From NCBI RefSeq assembly GCF_009914755.1, contig NC_060942.1: DNA of 64,000 bases; one strand, given 5' to 3'. The notes under the pieces were generated by a model. It searched no databases. It was not told the DNA's origin and worked only from the letters and a program-made list of their open reading frames with translations. Position numbers and translations under genes: made by a program. The DNA is from the human T2T-CHM13v2.0 reference genome, Homo sapiens. This document shows positions 27,600 to 38,740 of this stretch, in pieces; position 1 is the stretch's first letter; every line of letters starts with the position of its first letter.

Positions 27600-28860
27600 T
27601 ATGCCAAATTTTACTTGATTGCAAATTAAATTACTTCAGCCACTATTTGAAAAAATTTGTAATGGCCCAGAATGCTAGAGTAAAGCAAACGTAAAAATGT
27701 AATTTAAGTCCTACCAAACTTGCGACAGGATATTTTTGTATAAGTTGGGAAAATAATTCTAAAATCCATTTTGAAGAATAAATATTTAAAAATAACCAGG
27801 AAGACTTGACAAAGAAGAATAATGTGGATAAAACTGCACTGCCAGATATAAAAACTGTGTTACAAAATAACAGTAATTAAAACAGCGTGAATCTGGCACA
27901 GGGGATGAGAGATCAAAAACAGAATACAGAGTTCAGAATTGAGCTCAAATGTATTTGGGGATTTGGTAAATAAAAAAGATAGCATTTCTAATCAGGGAAG
28001 GAAATAGTGGTTGTTCAAGACAGTTGCCTAGGTTAGGGAAGGAAATAGTGGTTATTCAAGACAATTGCCTAGGTGCTTGCTAAATAAATAAGTATCCCTC
28101 CCTTACTCCTCACACTGAATTCCAAATACATTCATAATAGAAAATATAGCATTGGAAAACCTTTTTCTAGGCTTGGAGTGAGGAAGGCCTTTTGAATATA
28201 TCAACAAAACTACAACCATAAAGAAAACCACTGACAGATGACAGACTCTACTTAGAAGTGAAAAAAATATACATATGGTAAAAGCAGAACAAAGTAGAAT
28301 AGGAAACCCTGTCAACAAGATTAAAAGGCGAACAAAAATCTAGCAAACACTTTTGCTATGTACATATGACAAAGGGTTACAAAAAAGTTATGTTTCATCA
28401 ACAGGGAAAAGAATATCCTGAGATATAAATAGGCAAAAGAAATAGATAATCTACAAAATAATAAATATAAATGGTCAGTAAACACATGAAAAGATGGCCA
28501 GTCTCATGAGTAATCAGAAGAATGCAAGTTAAAATACTGAATTTTGTTTACCTATTAGCCAGCTAAAATTAAAAAGATTGACAATACACTAGGGTTTGAA
28601 AGGGGATAGACAATGGAAGTCTTATGCACTATTAGTGAGAGAATAAACTAGTATGTTTCCGAGAGTTGGTTTGGCAACTAATATAAAATATCCATTAAGA
28701 GAACAATCAGACAATTAATACATAATACAATTTGCAGAGTCATTTGTAATTGAAAAAAAGTCCATCGGTAGGAGATTATTGAATATGTAATAATTGATCC
28801 ATACAAGGAACTATCATAGAGACCTGATTATGGAGATCAACATTTTTGAAATGTAGAGAC
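27600..28860 (+). mobile_element. Very old L1 (L1ME-like) ORF2 3' region
   Basis: TTCTAAAATCCATTTTGAAGAATAAA..ACAGTAATTAAAACAGCGTG..AAACACATGAAAAGATG. Confidence 0.7.
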
Positions 28861-28868
28861 AGACCACA

Positions 28869-28977
28869 GTGCTCGCTTCAGCAGCACATATATACTAAAA
28901 TTGGAATGATACAGAGAAGATTAGCATGGCCCCTGCGCAAAGATGACACGCAAATTCGTGAAGCATTCCATATTTTT
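28869..28977 (+). pseudogene. RNU6: U6 snRNA retropseudogene (full length), fused to an L1 3' end
   Basis: GTGCTCGCTTCAGCAGCACATATATACTAAAATTGGAATGATACAGAGAAGATTAGCATGGCCCCTGCGCAAAGATGACACGCAAATTCGTGAAGCATTCCATATTTTT; about 4 substitutions (mostly CpG decay) and a 2-bp TA insertion versus recalled U6; no PSE/TATA seen upstream. Confidence 0.97.
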
Positions 28978-29100
28978 ACAAACCTGCACATCCTGTACAT
29001 GTATCCTGGAACTTAAAATGAAAAAAAAATACAAATGAAAAAGAAAACATAATAATCCAATAAAAAATGAAATCAGGCAAAAATTTTAAAAAAAATAAAA
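28978..29100 (+). mobile_element. L1PA 3' terminal ~45 bp plus A-rich tail (3' half of the U6-L1 chimera)
   Basis: ACAAACCTGCACATCCTGTACATGTATCCTGGAACTTAAAAT closely matches the L1 end at about 41468-41510 in this window. Confidence 0.9.
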
Positions 29101-29149
29101 AGACAGAGATTCACAATATGTCAAGTGGAAAAAGCAGATTCTAAAACTA

Positions 29150-29970
29150 TTCTACCTCAATATTTCTTGACCCAATCCCCTTCCTCCATCTCCTTCATTA
29201 CTCTGCAACATCCTCTCTCTCCTGGTCCTCCAGCCTCCTCTCATGCCTTCCTCCTGTTGATCTTCCACACTGCAGCTGTGGGGAAAGTCCTACAATGCTA
29301 GCTGAATCTTTTGCCCCTCACTTAAAAATTGTAATAGCTTACCATTGCTCAGAAAGATTACTGCCCTTGCCTGATCTGCTCACACCTCCAGCCCCCTCTC
29401 TTGCCTCTCTCTCCCACTTGCTCTAGTGACCTTTTCAGTTCTGCTCCCACCCCACCCCACCCCCTACTCCAGCCTTGCTCCTTTGCACTTGTTCTCTGTG
29501 TGGAACCTTCTTGCTCACACTCTACCTCCCATCTCCACATTGTGCCCATTAATGCCTCTAGACCTTTATGCACTCAGCACAGATGTCATGTCCTCAGGGA
29601 AGTCTTCCCTGTTTACCCACTCTAAATCAGCTCCCTTTTATATACAATCAGTATCTGCAGATGCAGAAGCTGTGGATACAGGCTGGCTGTAAAGGACTTG
29701 AGGGGTTGAAGTATCCACAGGGAGTCCTGGAACCAATCCCCATGGATACAGAGGACAGGCTGTAGTCTCACAGCTCTCTTCCTTCTTCCTCAGTCACCTT
29801 GTTACAGCTTGGAATTATGTATTTCTAGATTATATCATGACTATCCATCTCCCTCTCCATGCTGAGCACAAGGACCATGTCTCTTTTCCCCATCATTATA
29901 TCTCTGCTACATATTAAACACATTTTAGAGACTGACGTGATCAGACACTGAAGCATCTTGAGTGAACGAA
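29150..29970 (+). mobile_element. L2 3' region interrupted by a Tigger MITE
   Basis: TCTTCCACACTGCAGC..CTTTGCACTTGTTCTCTG..GATGTCATGTCCTCAGGGAAGTCTTCCCTG. Confidence 0.7.
29628..29762 (+). mobile_element. Tigger3/MER7-like DNA transposon fragment
   Basis: GGGAGTCCTGGAACCAATCCCCATGGATACAGAGGACAGGCTG followed by TA. Confidence 0.7.
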
Positions 29971-31519
29971 GGAAAGGCTAGAATAAGGATTTGCTGCTCT
30001 ATTACTTGACAGTTGGTAAGAAATAGATGAAGAGCTATAAGAACTTTTTAATTACTATGGTAAAAAAAAAAAAAAAAAGGTGGATAATTCATCACAAATT
30101 TTGAACCATGAAAGCAGCAAGGTATTTTTTTCCTAGTATATTTGTCCTTCCCAAATCAGAGACTCAGTGGTGCACTGTCTGGCTGTTGCACCTCACTTCC
30201 AGAAACAAGAGGGCAGTCTCATCCCCAGTGGCAGGATCACTGCCCAAGTCAAATTTACAGCAAACTCTGGAATTCTGATGCTGAGAACCAGACCCTCTTG
30301 AACCTAGTGGCCTTATTTCCTAAATGTTGCCCATAATAAAGCCAGTTTTATTTTCCATTTGTAAACTGTAAATCAGAAATTCAATGTTGAATTGATTCCA
30401 GATTTCTTCTTCTTACTCTCTGTTGCCATGTTCCTAAGATAGTCTCACTTTCCTGAAAAATTTCACTAGAAACCAGAAAAGGGGAAGATCAACTACCCCT
30501 TCATCTTCTTTCTCTTTTCCTAGGCTTTCCACACCACACTTCACAGTGCCTGCCAAATCCAGCCATACCCACCTAGGAAACTCAGAACAGACATTTTGCT
30601 TCCCACAGTTATCAAGTGGCTCCTAACTCAACACTGTATTTTTAAAATTTGGAATTGTCAATGTTTATCTGTCAATGCAGTGAAGAATCCAGGCCTTTGC
30701 ATAGAGCCCAGCCGTTTCTCCCAGGTAGGCTACTCTTACCTCACTTAAGAAGGTGAAGGATATTTGAAAAAGAAGACTGCAGTGGTTCAAGGTGGCTAAT
30801 GGTTTTATTTTTTAAGGATGCAAGAAACTTACAGTGTATTTTGGCATCAAATACAAATTATATAAATTGTGTATAGCTGTAGGCAGATTGGCACCTGTGG
30901 ATAGTGGGTGGTTGAAGATTTATACTCAATATTTAGTCAACAGCTCAGTCACTGTCATAGAAATGTCTCTGACTTCTTTTAAACATTATTTGCTACTTCA
31001 CGTTCATAAGTTTAGGTAATCATTTTCCTGACCAGTTATATAAAAATAATTTTTAAAATAATACATCTCAAAGATGTTTGACATAATAGAAAATGGGGCT
31101 GGATGTGTGTTTATATACATAGTGTAACTGAAAGAGCTTATTTCCAGTTGGCAGACCTGCAGCAGGCCACTTAACATTTCTAGAACTAAGATTCCTTACC
31201 TGCAAAATTTAAAAATAAACCAAATTAGGTCCAAAGCCCCACTCTCCTTCTCATTAATTTTTTAATTTATGTAATAATCTGATGGCGTCTCACTTACAGC
31301 ATTAATCAGATCTGACTTGTGTTTTAGGCATCTGAGTTTGTCATACTTTACCCACTCTCTCTACCTCCCCCAAGTTCAGGCCCTGGAAGCCAGGGATTTT
31401 GTTTCATTCATTTGTATGTTCCCTGCTATACCCAGAAAGTGCCTTGAATGCTCAGGTGCTCAGAACAGATTCCCAATCAAATGCGAGTGGCCAGGAGTGA
31501 GCAGAGCCCCTAACACCAC

Positions 31520-31966
31520 GGTTATATAGTCTGGAATGTCTCCCCAAAATTCCATTGTTGAGGTTCTACCCCGCAAGACCTCAGAACACAACTTTATTTG
31601 GAAATAGGGTTCTTACAGATGTAATTAGTTGTTAAGATGAGGTCATTAGGGTGGGCCCTAATCCAGTATGACTGGGGTCCATATAAAAATGGGAAACTTG
31701 TGCACAGACACACACACAGGAAGAATGTCATGCGAGGATGAAGGCAATGATTGGGGTGAGGCTTCTACACCCCAAGGCATGCCAGTGATCACCAGCAAAT
31801 GTCCAGAAGCCAAAGGAGAGGCCTGGAACATCCCTCAGAAGGAACCAACCCTGCAAACACCTTGATCTTGGAATTCCAACCTCCAGAACTGTGAGACAAT
31901 AGATTACTGTTGTTTAAGCCACTCCATCTGTGGTACTTTGTTACTGCAGCTCTAGGAAGGAATATG
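31520..31966 (+). mobile_element. MaLR solo LTR (MLT1C-like)
   Basis: TTATTTGGAAATAGGGT..AGATGAGGTCATTAGGGTGGGCCCTAATCCAGTATGACTGG..CAGAAGGAACCAACCCTGC..CCTCCAGAACTGTGAGAC. Confidence 0.9.
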
Positions 31967-32444
31967 CTCACTGCTTTACCACTTGCTGCCTCAATAGAGG
32001 TACAGCAACGAACTCCTCAGGGCCTCCATGGTGTTTACCAATGTCGCTGCCAGAGGGCCGAGCCCACCTGGCAGTTGTCACCAGTATCTTCATCCTCATG
32101 TAATCTCTGCATCTGGCTACCTCCCTCACCCTGCCTCTCTCCATCCACCCTCCTGCTTGGCCTTGGGGTATTTCAATATTCTCCACCTTTTCTTAGAATG
32201 GTTCTTCCTCCTCCTTGTCCGAAGAGGAACCTGTGTTCCCCTAGAAGAAACCACTGTCTAGAATCTGCAGCTACCTTCAGTGGAGACTGTTGGTCATTCA
32301 CACTCCTCATGCCTCAAGGCCAAGACTTTGAGTTGTTCAAGACTACTTCTTCCTCTTCCCCTTGCAAAACCTCCCACTTCTTTAAGGTTCACACTGTACC
32401 CTCTGCTCTCTGTCCCCTGGCCATAGTTACATCATTCACAGATA

Positions 32445-32665
32445 CTGAGAGAAAAGTGGTAAAGAATGCAGGCTCTGGAGCCAGGCTGTCTGGGTCTGAG
32501 AACTAACAGACTTGACACTCACTAGCAGTGGTGCTTGGCAAAGTTTACAAGCCTTTGTAACCCTCACTGTTCTCATCTATAAAATGAATGTAACAATAAT
32601 ATATAAAATTCATAGTGCAGTGCCTGGTACTTGATAAGCACTGAATAAATATTAGCTATTATTAT
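32445..32665 (+). mobile_element. MIR (within degenerate L2 at about 32150-32930)
   Basis: GTGGTAAAGAATGCAGGCTCTGGAGCCAGGCTG..TTCTCATCTATAAAATG..TAAATATTAGCTATTATT. Confidence 0.85.
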
Positions 32666-33026
32666 GTGAGTTTTTAGGACTGAGTCATCTTCATCTGCAC
32701 CTTAATGACCGTCTTCTTGGTCGATGCCTTCCATACATGTGTGGATGACCCATCCCAAACCTGGATTACTGGTTCTTTGATCTCCTTACCTCCAAAGACC
32801 TTCTCCCTCACATCATCTGAACCACTGATGCCCCTGGTCACATTCCAGCCTTATCAACTCCAAAATCTGTATTACCTCCAACTTCTGAAATTAAAAAGAT
32901 CCCATACTCCAATCACAGATGTTAATGTTTTGTCATATGTGCTTTGTATTTTTTTGAAATAAATTTTTCTACTAGTAAAAACATATATATTTTCAAATAC
33001 TCTCAATATAAAAATTATATGACCTT

Positions 33027-33198
33027 GGCCAGGCGCGGTGGCTTATGCCTATAATCCCAGCACTTTCGGAGGCCAAGGCGGGCAGATCATGAGGTCAGGA
33101 GATCGCGACCATCCTGGCCAACATGGTGAAACCCTGTCTCTACTGAAAATACAAAAATTAGTTGGGCGTGGTGGCACATGCCTGTAATCCCAGCTACT
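33027..33198 (+). mobile_element. Alu (AluSc/Y-like), 3'-truncated
   Basis: Complete left arm and linker; stops at CCCAGCTACT with no further right arm or poly-A. Confidence 0.93.
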
Positions 33199-33309
33199 TT
33201 TTCGATAGTGTTAGAAACCATCTCCCTCTGAGACTGTGCACCAGCCTTGCAGTGAAGTGAAGATTGTTCCCCAATCTCTCTCCAGGCATAGTATCTCTCC
33301 TGTGCACTC

Positions 33310-33314
<5 letters not shown>

Positions 33315-33360
<46 letters not shown>
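33315..33360. repeat. (GT)23 microsatellite
   Basis: Perfect dinucleotide run. Confidence 0.98.
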
Positions 33361-33361
<1 letters not shown>

Positions 33362-34954
33362 CATGCACGCACACCATGTGGAGAGGTACATCTTGGTAAA
33401 TTAGGAACAAGCACCATTGAGGGGATTCAATTCACTTTAACCTTAATAGCTATTTCTTAGAGAGACTACAGAAGAGTGCTCTCTCTCTAGCAGCTGCTGC
33501 TATTAATAGTATTGCCCTTTCCTCTCCTGAAAGAGTATTAGTTCATTCAGAAAAATCACCATCCAAGTTAGAAGCCATAAAAATCATTTTCCAAACTCTT
33601 CCTTTCTAGGTATTCTTTTGGAAATCAATAATTTAATTTACTAAAAATTAACAATTTTTTAAAACCTCTGTGGGTACCTTCACCTGTTCATCCTTTTTTT
33701 TTAAGACCAGTTTTTATCTGCTCAGAGGGCTTAAAACATTCTCTTATACTTTTTCAAACTCAACCTCATCACAGCCCACTGATATTTCCAGAATCAACAG
33801 TGACTTCTAGGAATGGAGCTCCTTTCTGTTAGACAGCTCTCCCACAGGGTTACACATGTTGCCTCCAGATGACTTGGCTTTCATCTTAGAGTTTGTAATC
33901 AACCCAGGATGTGGATACACGCTGCAGGTGAATTTTTAGCAAACCTGGAAGATATCTCCACATGAAGCAGGTAGGAACTTCAGTCCATAAATGCACATGT
34001 GCAAGAGACCAACTTTAGTTTTTCATTATTCCCTTTCCATTCTGAGCCTCTATCCTGCAGAGGTAGCAGGCAGTTAATCCCCAGCAAACAGCAACTCTGC
34101 TTTTCCTGGGGTTGACCTAACATCCTGGGGCCAGGGGAAGCCTTCATAGTAGTAAGACATTGCTGAGGGCATTTGCAATTTGTCCACACACAGTCTCCTC
34201 TGAGACATCTCTCATTGCTGTCTGTTTATCCCTTCAAGCCTGGCTGTTCTTGCTACTACGTATGTTCCCGGGGACCATGAACTATTTGGTTTCTATGCTG
34301 TACTGGGGCACCAGAGTCTCTGTGAAACTATCCAAGACCCAAATATAACGTGCTGCCAGTTACTCTAGTGGGAGAGGTAGGTGTTGCTTCCATGGGCATC
34401 TAACCTAGGATATAAGAAACAGATTGCCCAACCTCAGTATCTTCTGGATTCTTGGGGGTTGACTCCTTCCCTAAGACTTTCTCTGGAACCCACCCACATC
34501 TCTGCCCTCCTTACTCCCCTTCCATCTATTTCCCATCGTCACCCAACCTCCCCATACTGAAGGAATATTTTATCTCATCCAGGAGAATAATTTTCTCTGC
34601 CTCATAAAATTTCTTCCAGGCATTTTTCCTGGAGTCCTCCTGGCCTGGCCTACCCACTCCTGAAGCAACAAAGCACATGACTGCCTGCTGCAGCCCCGCA
34701 GCCCTGTGGAGTTTCTTGAGCATCCAAGGCCTTCCCAGGGTCTGGATACTCTCAGGGCTCCCGGGCTGGCTCCTTTTAACCAACCCTGCCTCCATGTAAA
34801 TGTCACTTCCCTGACCACCCTATGCAGCCACCCATCACCCTCCACTACCCTGCTTGTTACAGCTCATCATTTTTTGTTTCTTTCTTGCTCACCTGTTTAT
34901 TGTCTGTATTCCCTCTGGACTGTAAATTCCAGGAGAACAGAGACTACCTCTGTC

Positions 34955-35165
34955 TTGTGGTTAAGAACACTAACTTTGAAGCCAGCCTGCCTGGGTTCTA
35001 ATCTCAGCTCTGCCACTTACTAGCCGTGTAACCTTAGGCAAGTTACTCAACCTCTGTGACTTAGTTTCCTCATCTGTAAAATGAGGGAAACACACCTCAT
35101 AGAGTAATTATGAGAATTAAATGAGTCAATGCCTGGCACATAGTAAGTACTATAAAGTGTTTATT
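34955..35165 (+). mobile_element. MIR nested in an L2 3' end (about 34790-35260)
   Basis: GTGGTTAAGAACAC..CTGCCTGGGTTCTAATCTCAGCTCTGCCACTTACTAGCCGTGTAACCTTAGGCAAGTTACTCAACCTCTG. Confidence 0.9.
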
Positions 35166-38100
35166 AAAAGAAGTATTTAGCACTTAGTATGATGCCTTAA
35201 TCGTAAGAGATGCAGAAAACGTTTTTGTTGAATGTAGGAATTCATAAAAGAATGAATGAACGCTACAACTCCAAACAAATGTAGTCTCCCAACTGTGATT
35301 CACTTGCTCTGCTAGCTAAGTCAGAGTGCAACAAGATCAAGGCTATTTGCTTGAATCCTAACAAGGGCAGCATAACTTATGGCTTTGTACCAACTAACTA
35401 CATCCCTAGCCTGTGTAGCCATCTAGCAATTGCATTGTGCTGTTTACAGGTTGCAATGAATGAGAGTCTGAACGGGTCACTATTTGTCTGTCACAACTAG
35501 TATACGAATCATACATAGTACATGTCTTATTTACTCTAATTTTATAGTTTTATCTGCTTTGTAATTGATAGTTCTTGTTTCTAATCATCCTATAAAAACT
35601 ATGTAATTTGCCAACAATTCCAGAACCTGAAAAGAGTAGTATCAATTTAATTATGGTCTTCTTAATTTATATACATATATCTATATGTACATATTTACTC
35701 AAGTAGCTGGTTATGATTAGGAGATCATAATTAGAAGATTAAATGATAAGCCAAGTATTTAAGGGATAATCTATGGAAGTGTCTGAAAAACCTTTCTGCT
35801 GATCAGCATATTGACATCTTATTTTCAATGTGTAAAAACAACAACAAAAAAGGAAAATGTAAGATATTTAAGAAGATATAAAAATGGTTCTTACAGATGA
35901 GTTATTATGAATTTAAGATGGTCTCCCCTATCTACAGAGCACAGGCCTTCTTGTGTTATCATTTGTGGGCATTGAGACTCCTGAGTATATACTTTTCTGT
36001 TAGGTTTGCTTTTCCTCTGTCCACTCCAGGTCACTCTACAGGAATCAATGGCATTGTCAGCATGGCCCAGTCACAAAGAAGCATGGCCCAGTAAGAAAGA
36101 AGATTACGCTAATATTAACAAATAGAAATGAGTTAGAAGGATATATTTACTGTGGGAAGATCTGGCCTATATCAGTATGTTCTGAGTGGCCAGCACAAGT
36201 CTGCCAGGGAGGACAGGGTAGGCCCTTTGATCCCACGATGAAGGGAAAATTACTATTTCCCTGGCCCAAACTTATCAGCTTTTGAGGAGCACAGGGTTGT
36301 CATGGGTAAATGAGAGTCCCTTCATTTACCTGTTCATACAGTACATTTGAAGTTTAGTCAAGGCATGGAAAATATGAAACTTTTATCAACATGACTAATG
36401 GAATGAAGACATAAGTCAGACACATTTTGCAGTGACCAACCTCTCCGATCCTGACTGCATAGTCATTCATTGCTAATTCACATTGGGTTTTCAGTGGGGT
36501 TCATAGAACACCAGCAGTTGTCTGTACCTCACAGAGCAGGACGTCTGAGAAGTTTAGTGAATGTTCCTCACAGCAACATGTTCTATATTCCACTATTAAT
36601 TCCAGAAAGTACTCGAGTAGCCTAACTTCTAATTTAACCTCTTCTTTCTGCTTTCCTTGGGTCTCATTTTCCAATTTTAAAATCCACATAGCTAGAAGGC
36701 CACATATGGAAATGATATCTCCCTGTTACACTTGGCTTTGTGTCAATATTATGATTCATTTTATACATTTCTTCTCCAGCCCGAAATCCCATCATGTTTT
36801 GTTCAGCTCACTGGATCAAAAATACATCACCCTATCATTTCCCCACTGGAAAACATACTACTGCCATTTTTTTCATGGAAATCAGTCTTTAATATTTGTT
36901 CACTGATCTTCACCTCCCCCACCAATGCCTCTCTCCACCCCTGCCTAAAATTACTCATCATTCTAATAAGTTAATATATTGGAATGGAAAAAATTTGCTT
37001 TCAGTCTCAGGGATCAACTTATGATCATCTTAAATCAGCCTCTTTTTAATTGATGAGTCTATAACAAATTGCATACTTTGGTTTACTCTGTAAAAAATAC
37101 AATTACACTAAGGCAAAGCTGGTTATGACTCATGTATAATGAAATGAAAACAGTATCATCATTAAGCACCAAATAAAGCCATTGATTCCGTGTATTATTC
37201 TGTCAGTTTTAATTGAATTGTATTTCCCCCTTTCAGTTCTTAATTATGCAGTTCATGCTGAATCTTTATTTTTATGCACAGAATAGGATAATGTTCTTTT
37301 CCTCCTTACCTTAGTGTCTAAAAATATAAGCCTATTGAGAACAGAAAAGTCTTTGTTGGTCTTAATTAAAGCAAAACACCTACTTTTATCCTAGGAGCTG
37401 AATGTGTTGCTGTACTGTGAGACTGTTACCAAGTGAGGGGACAATAGGGCTGCTTCCTGTTGCATGTCCACCTCCCTGACCTGTAGTCGCAGCCTCTTTC
37501 CAAATTCTATCAGAAGAAGAAAACATCACACTATCTGGCAAAGGAGGTCCATGGGGCCTCTCCAGCCTGCTAATGAGCATTAACTCTTGTCTAGACTGTC
37601 AGGTCTAGACAGAGCAAGGCAAAGTAGATACTGCTTAACTTGGGGGCAGATGTGATTAGTGAGATAACAGTCAATCTGAAAATTCATTCTTTTCTTCAGT
37701 TAACTTGCGAAAGACCTAAAGGCAAAAGCAGGACTCTCTTCTCTGGTAATATGTCACATAACTGAGATTATGTGCAAGTGAAAATGAGCAAAGGGAGATG
37801 GAATGTCTATCAAACCTAGATTTAAAGGAAATCCTGCTACCACAGTGTAATTTCTGTAGTTGAAAAAGAGACAAAGGGAACACAACCTCTACCCTCCTCT
37901 CGTTCCATAATTGTGTTAGCTGTGTCGAAAGTGCTTCTGCCAGATTCAGGTAAATGCATCACCCTAATACCTGCACAATTTTATTTCTAGGATTCAATTC
38001 ACAGGAGGCAAATGTTCTTGTGTAAAGATATCAAGTGATAGTGTTAGGAAGTTATTCATCTTGGACCATATAATAAAGGCTATCTTGGAATTCAGAACCA

Positions 38101-38722
38101 AAGAATGAGCTCTGGTCAGTCTTTGGTGTCCCAATAGTATTCGATATAAACTGAAAGATTATTATCATTGGCTTGAAACCCCAAATGACAAGGGCCTGAC
38201 TCATAATAAGTATTTAGTGGGAAAGAGGAAGTGGCTGCTATTTAGACTTAACCTTAGAGTTGAGGGATTGTCCTCCTCGGGCTGAGAACATTTGATCTAA
38301 TGCGTTGAAGGGCTGGCCCTCCCTGGAATATCTCCTACCTCTGGCATATCAAACTATGCTCTCCGTGCAGCTGCATCTCCAGCATCCATGCTAATAGAGG
38401 ACACTATCTTGGAATGAGAAGAGGCACTAATCATTCTCGTACTTATTTTACCCATGTTCAAACTCATCTGCCAATATTTCCTTGTGCAATGTGCTGCAAA
38501 GCATTCTAATAAGCTTATTCCAGTTCCATCTTTTTTAAATTCCCAACCTATCCTTTGAAAAAAGTGAGGAGAGAAAGGAAAATGCCCAAGAAATAAGAAA
38601 AGGGATTTAGGATGGGAAGAGGGAACTCATATTTATTGCGTTATGTTACAGGCACTATTGGGTTCTATACATTAGTGACCCGTTTTTGTTGTTGTTGCTG
38701 TTGTTTTTATATCAATGATCAG

Positions 38723-38740
38723 GTGTGTGTGTGTGTGTGT
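38723..38740. repeat. (GT)9 microsatellite
   Basis: Seen directly. Confidence 0.9.

Noticed and set aside
28869-28977. Functional U6 snRNA gene
   Set aside because: No PSE/TATA seen upstream, CpG-decay mutations and a 2-bp insertion, fused to an L1 tail inside an older L1
32048-32062. CTCF-like motif CTGCCAGAGGGCCG
   Set aside because: Only a partial match to the core; not supportable without ChIP data
31910-32506. Longest ORF in the track (198 aa)
   Set aside because: Starts at a non-ATG codon inside the MLT1C LTR, runs through L2/MIR-derived sequence, has low-information composition and no recognisable domain
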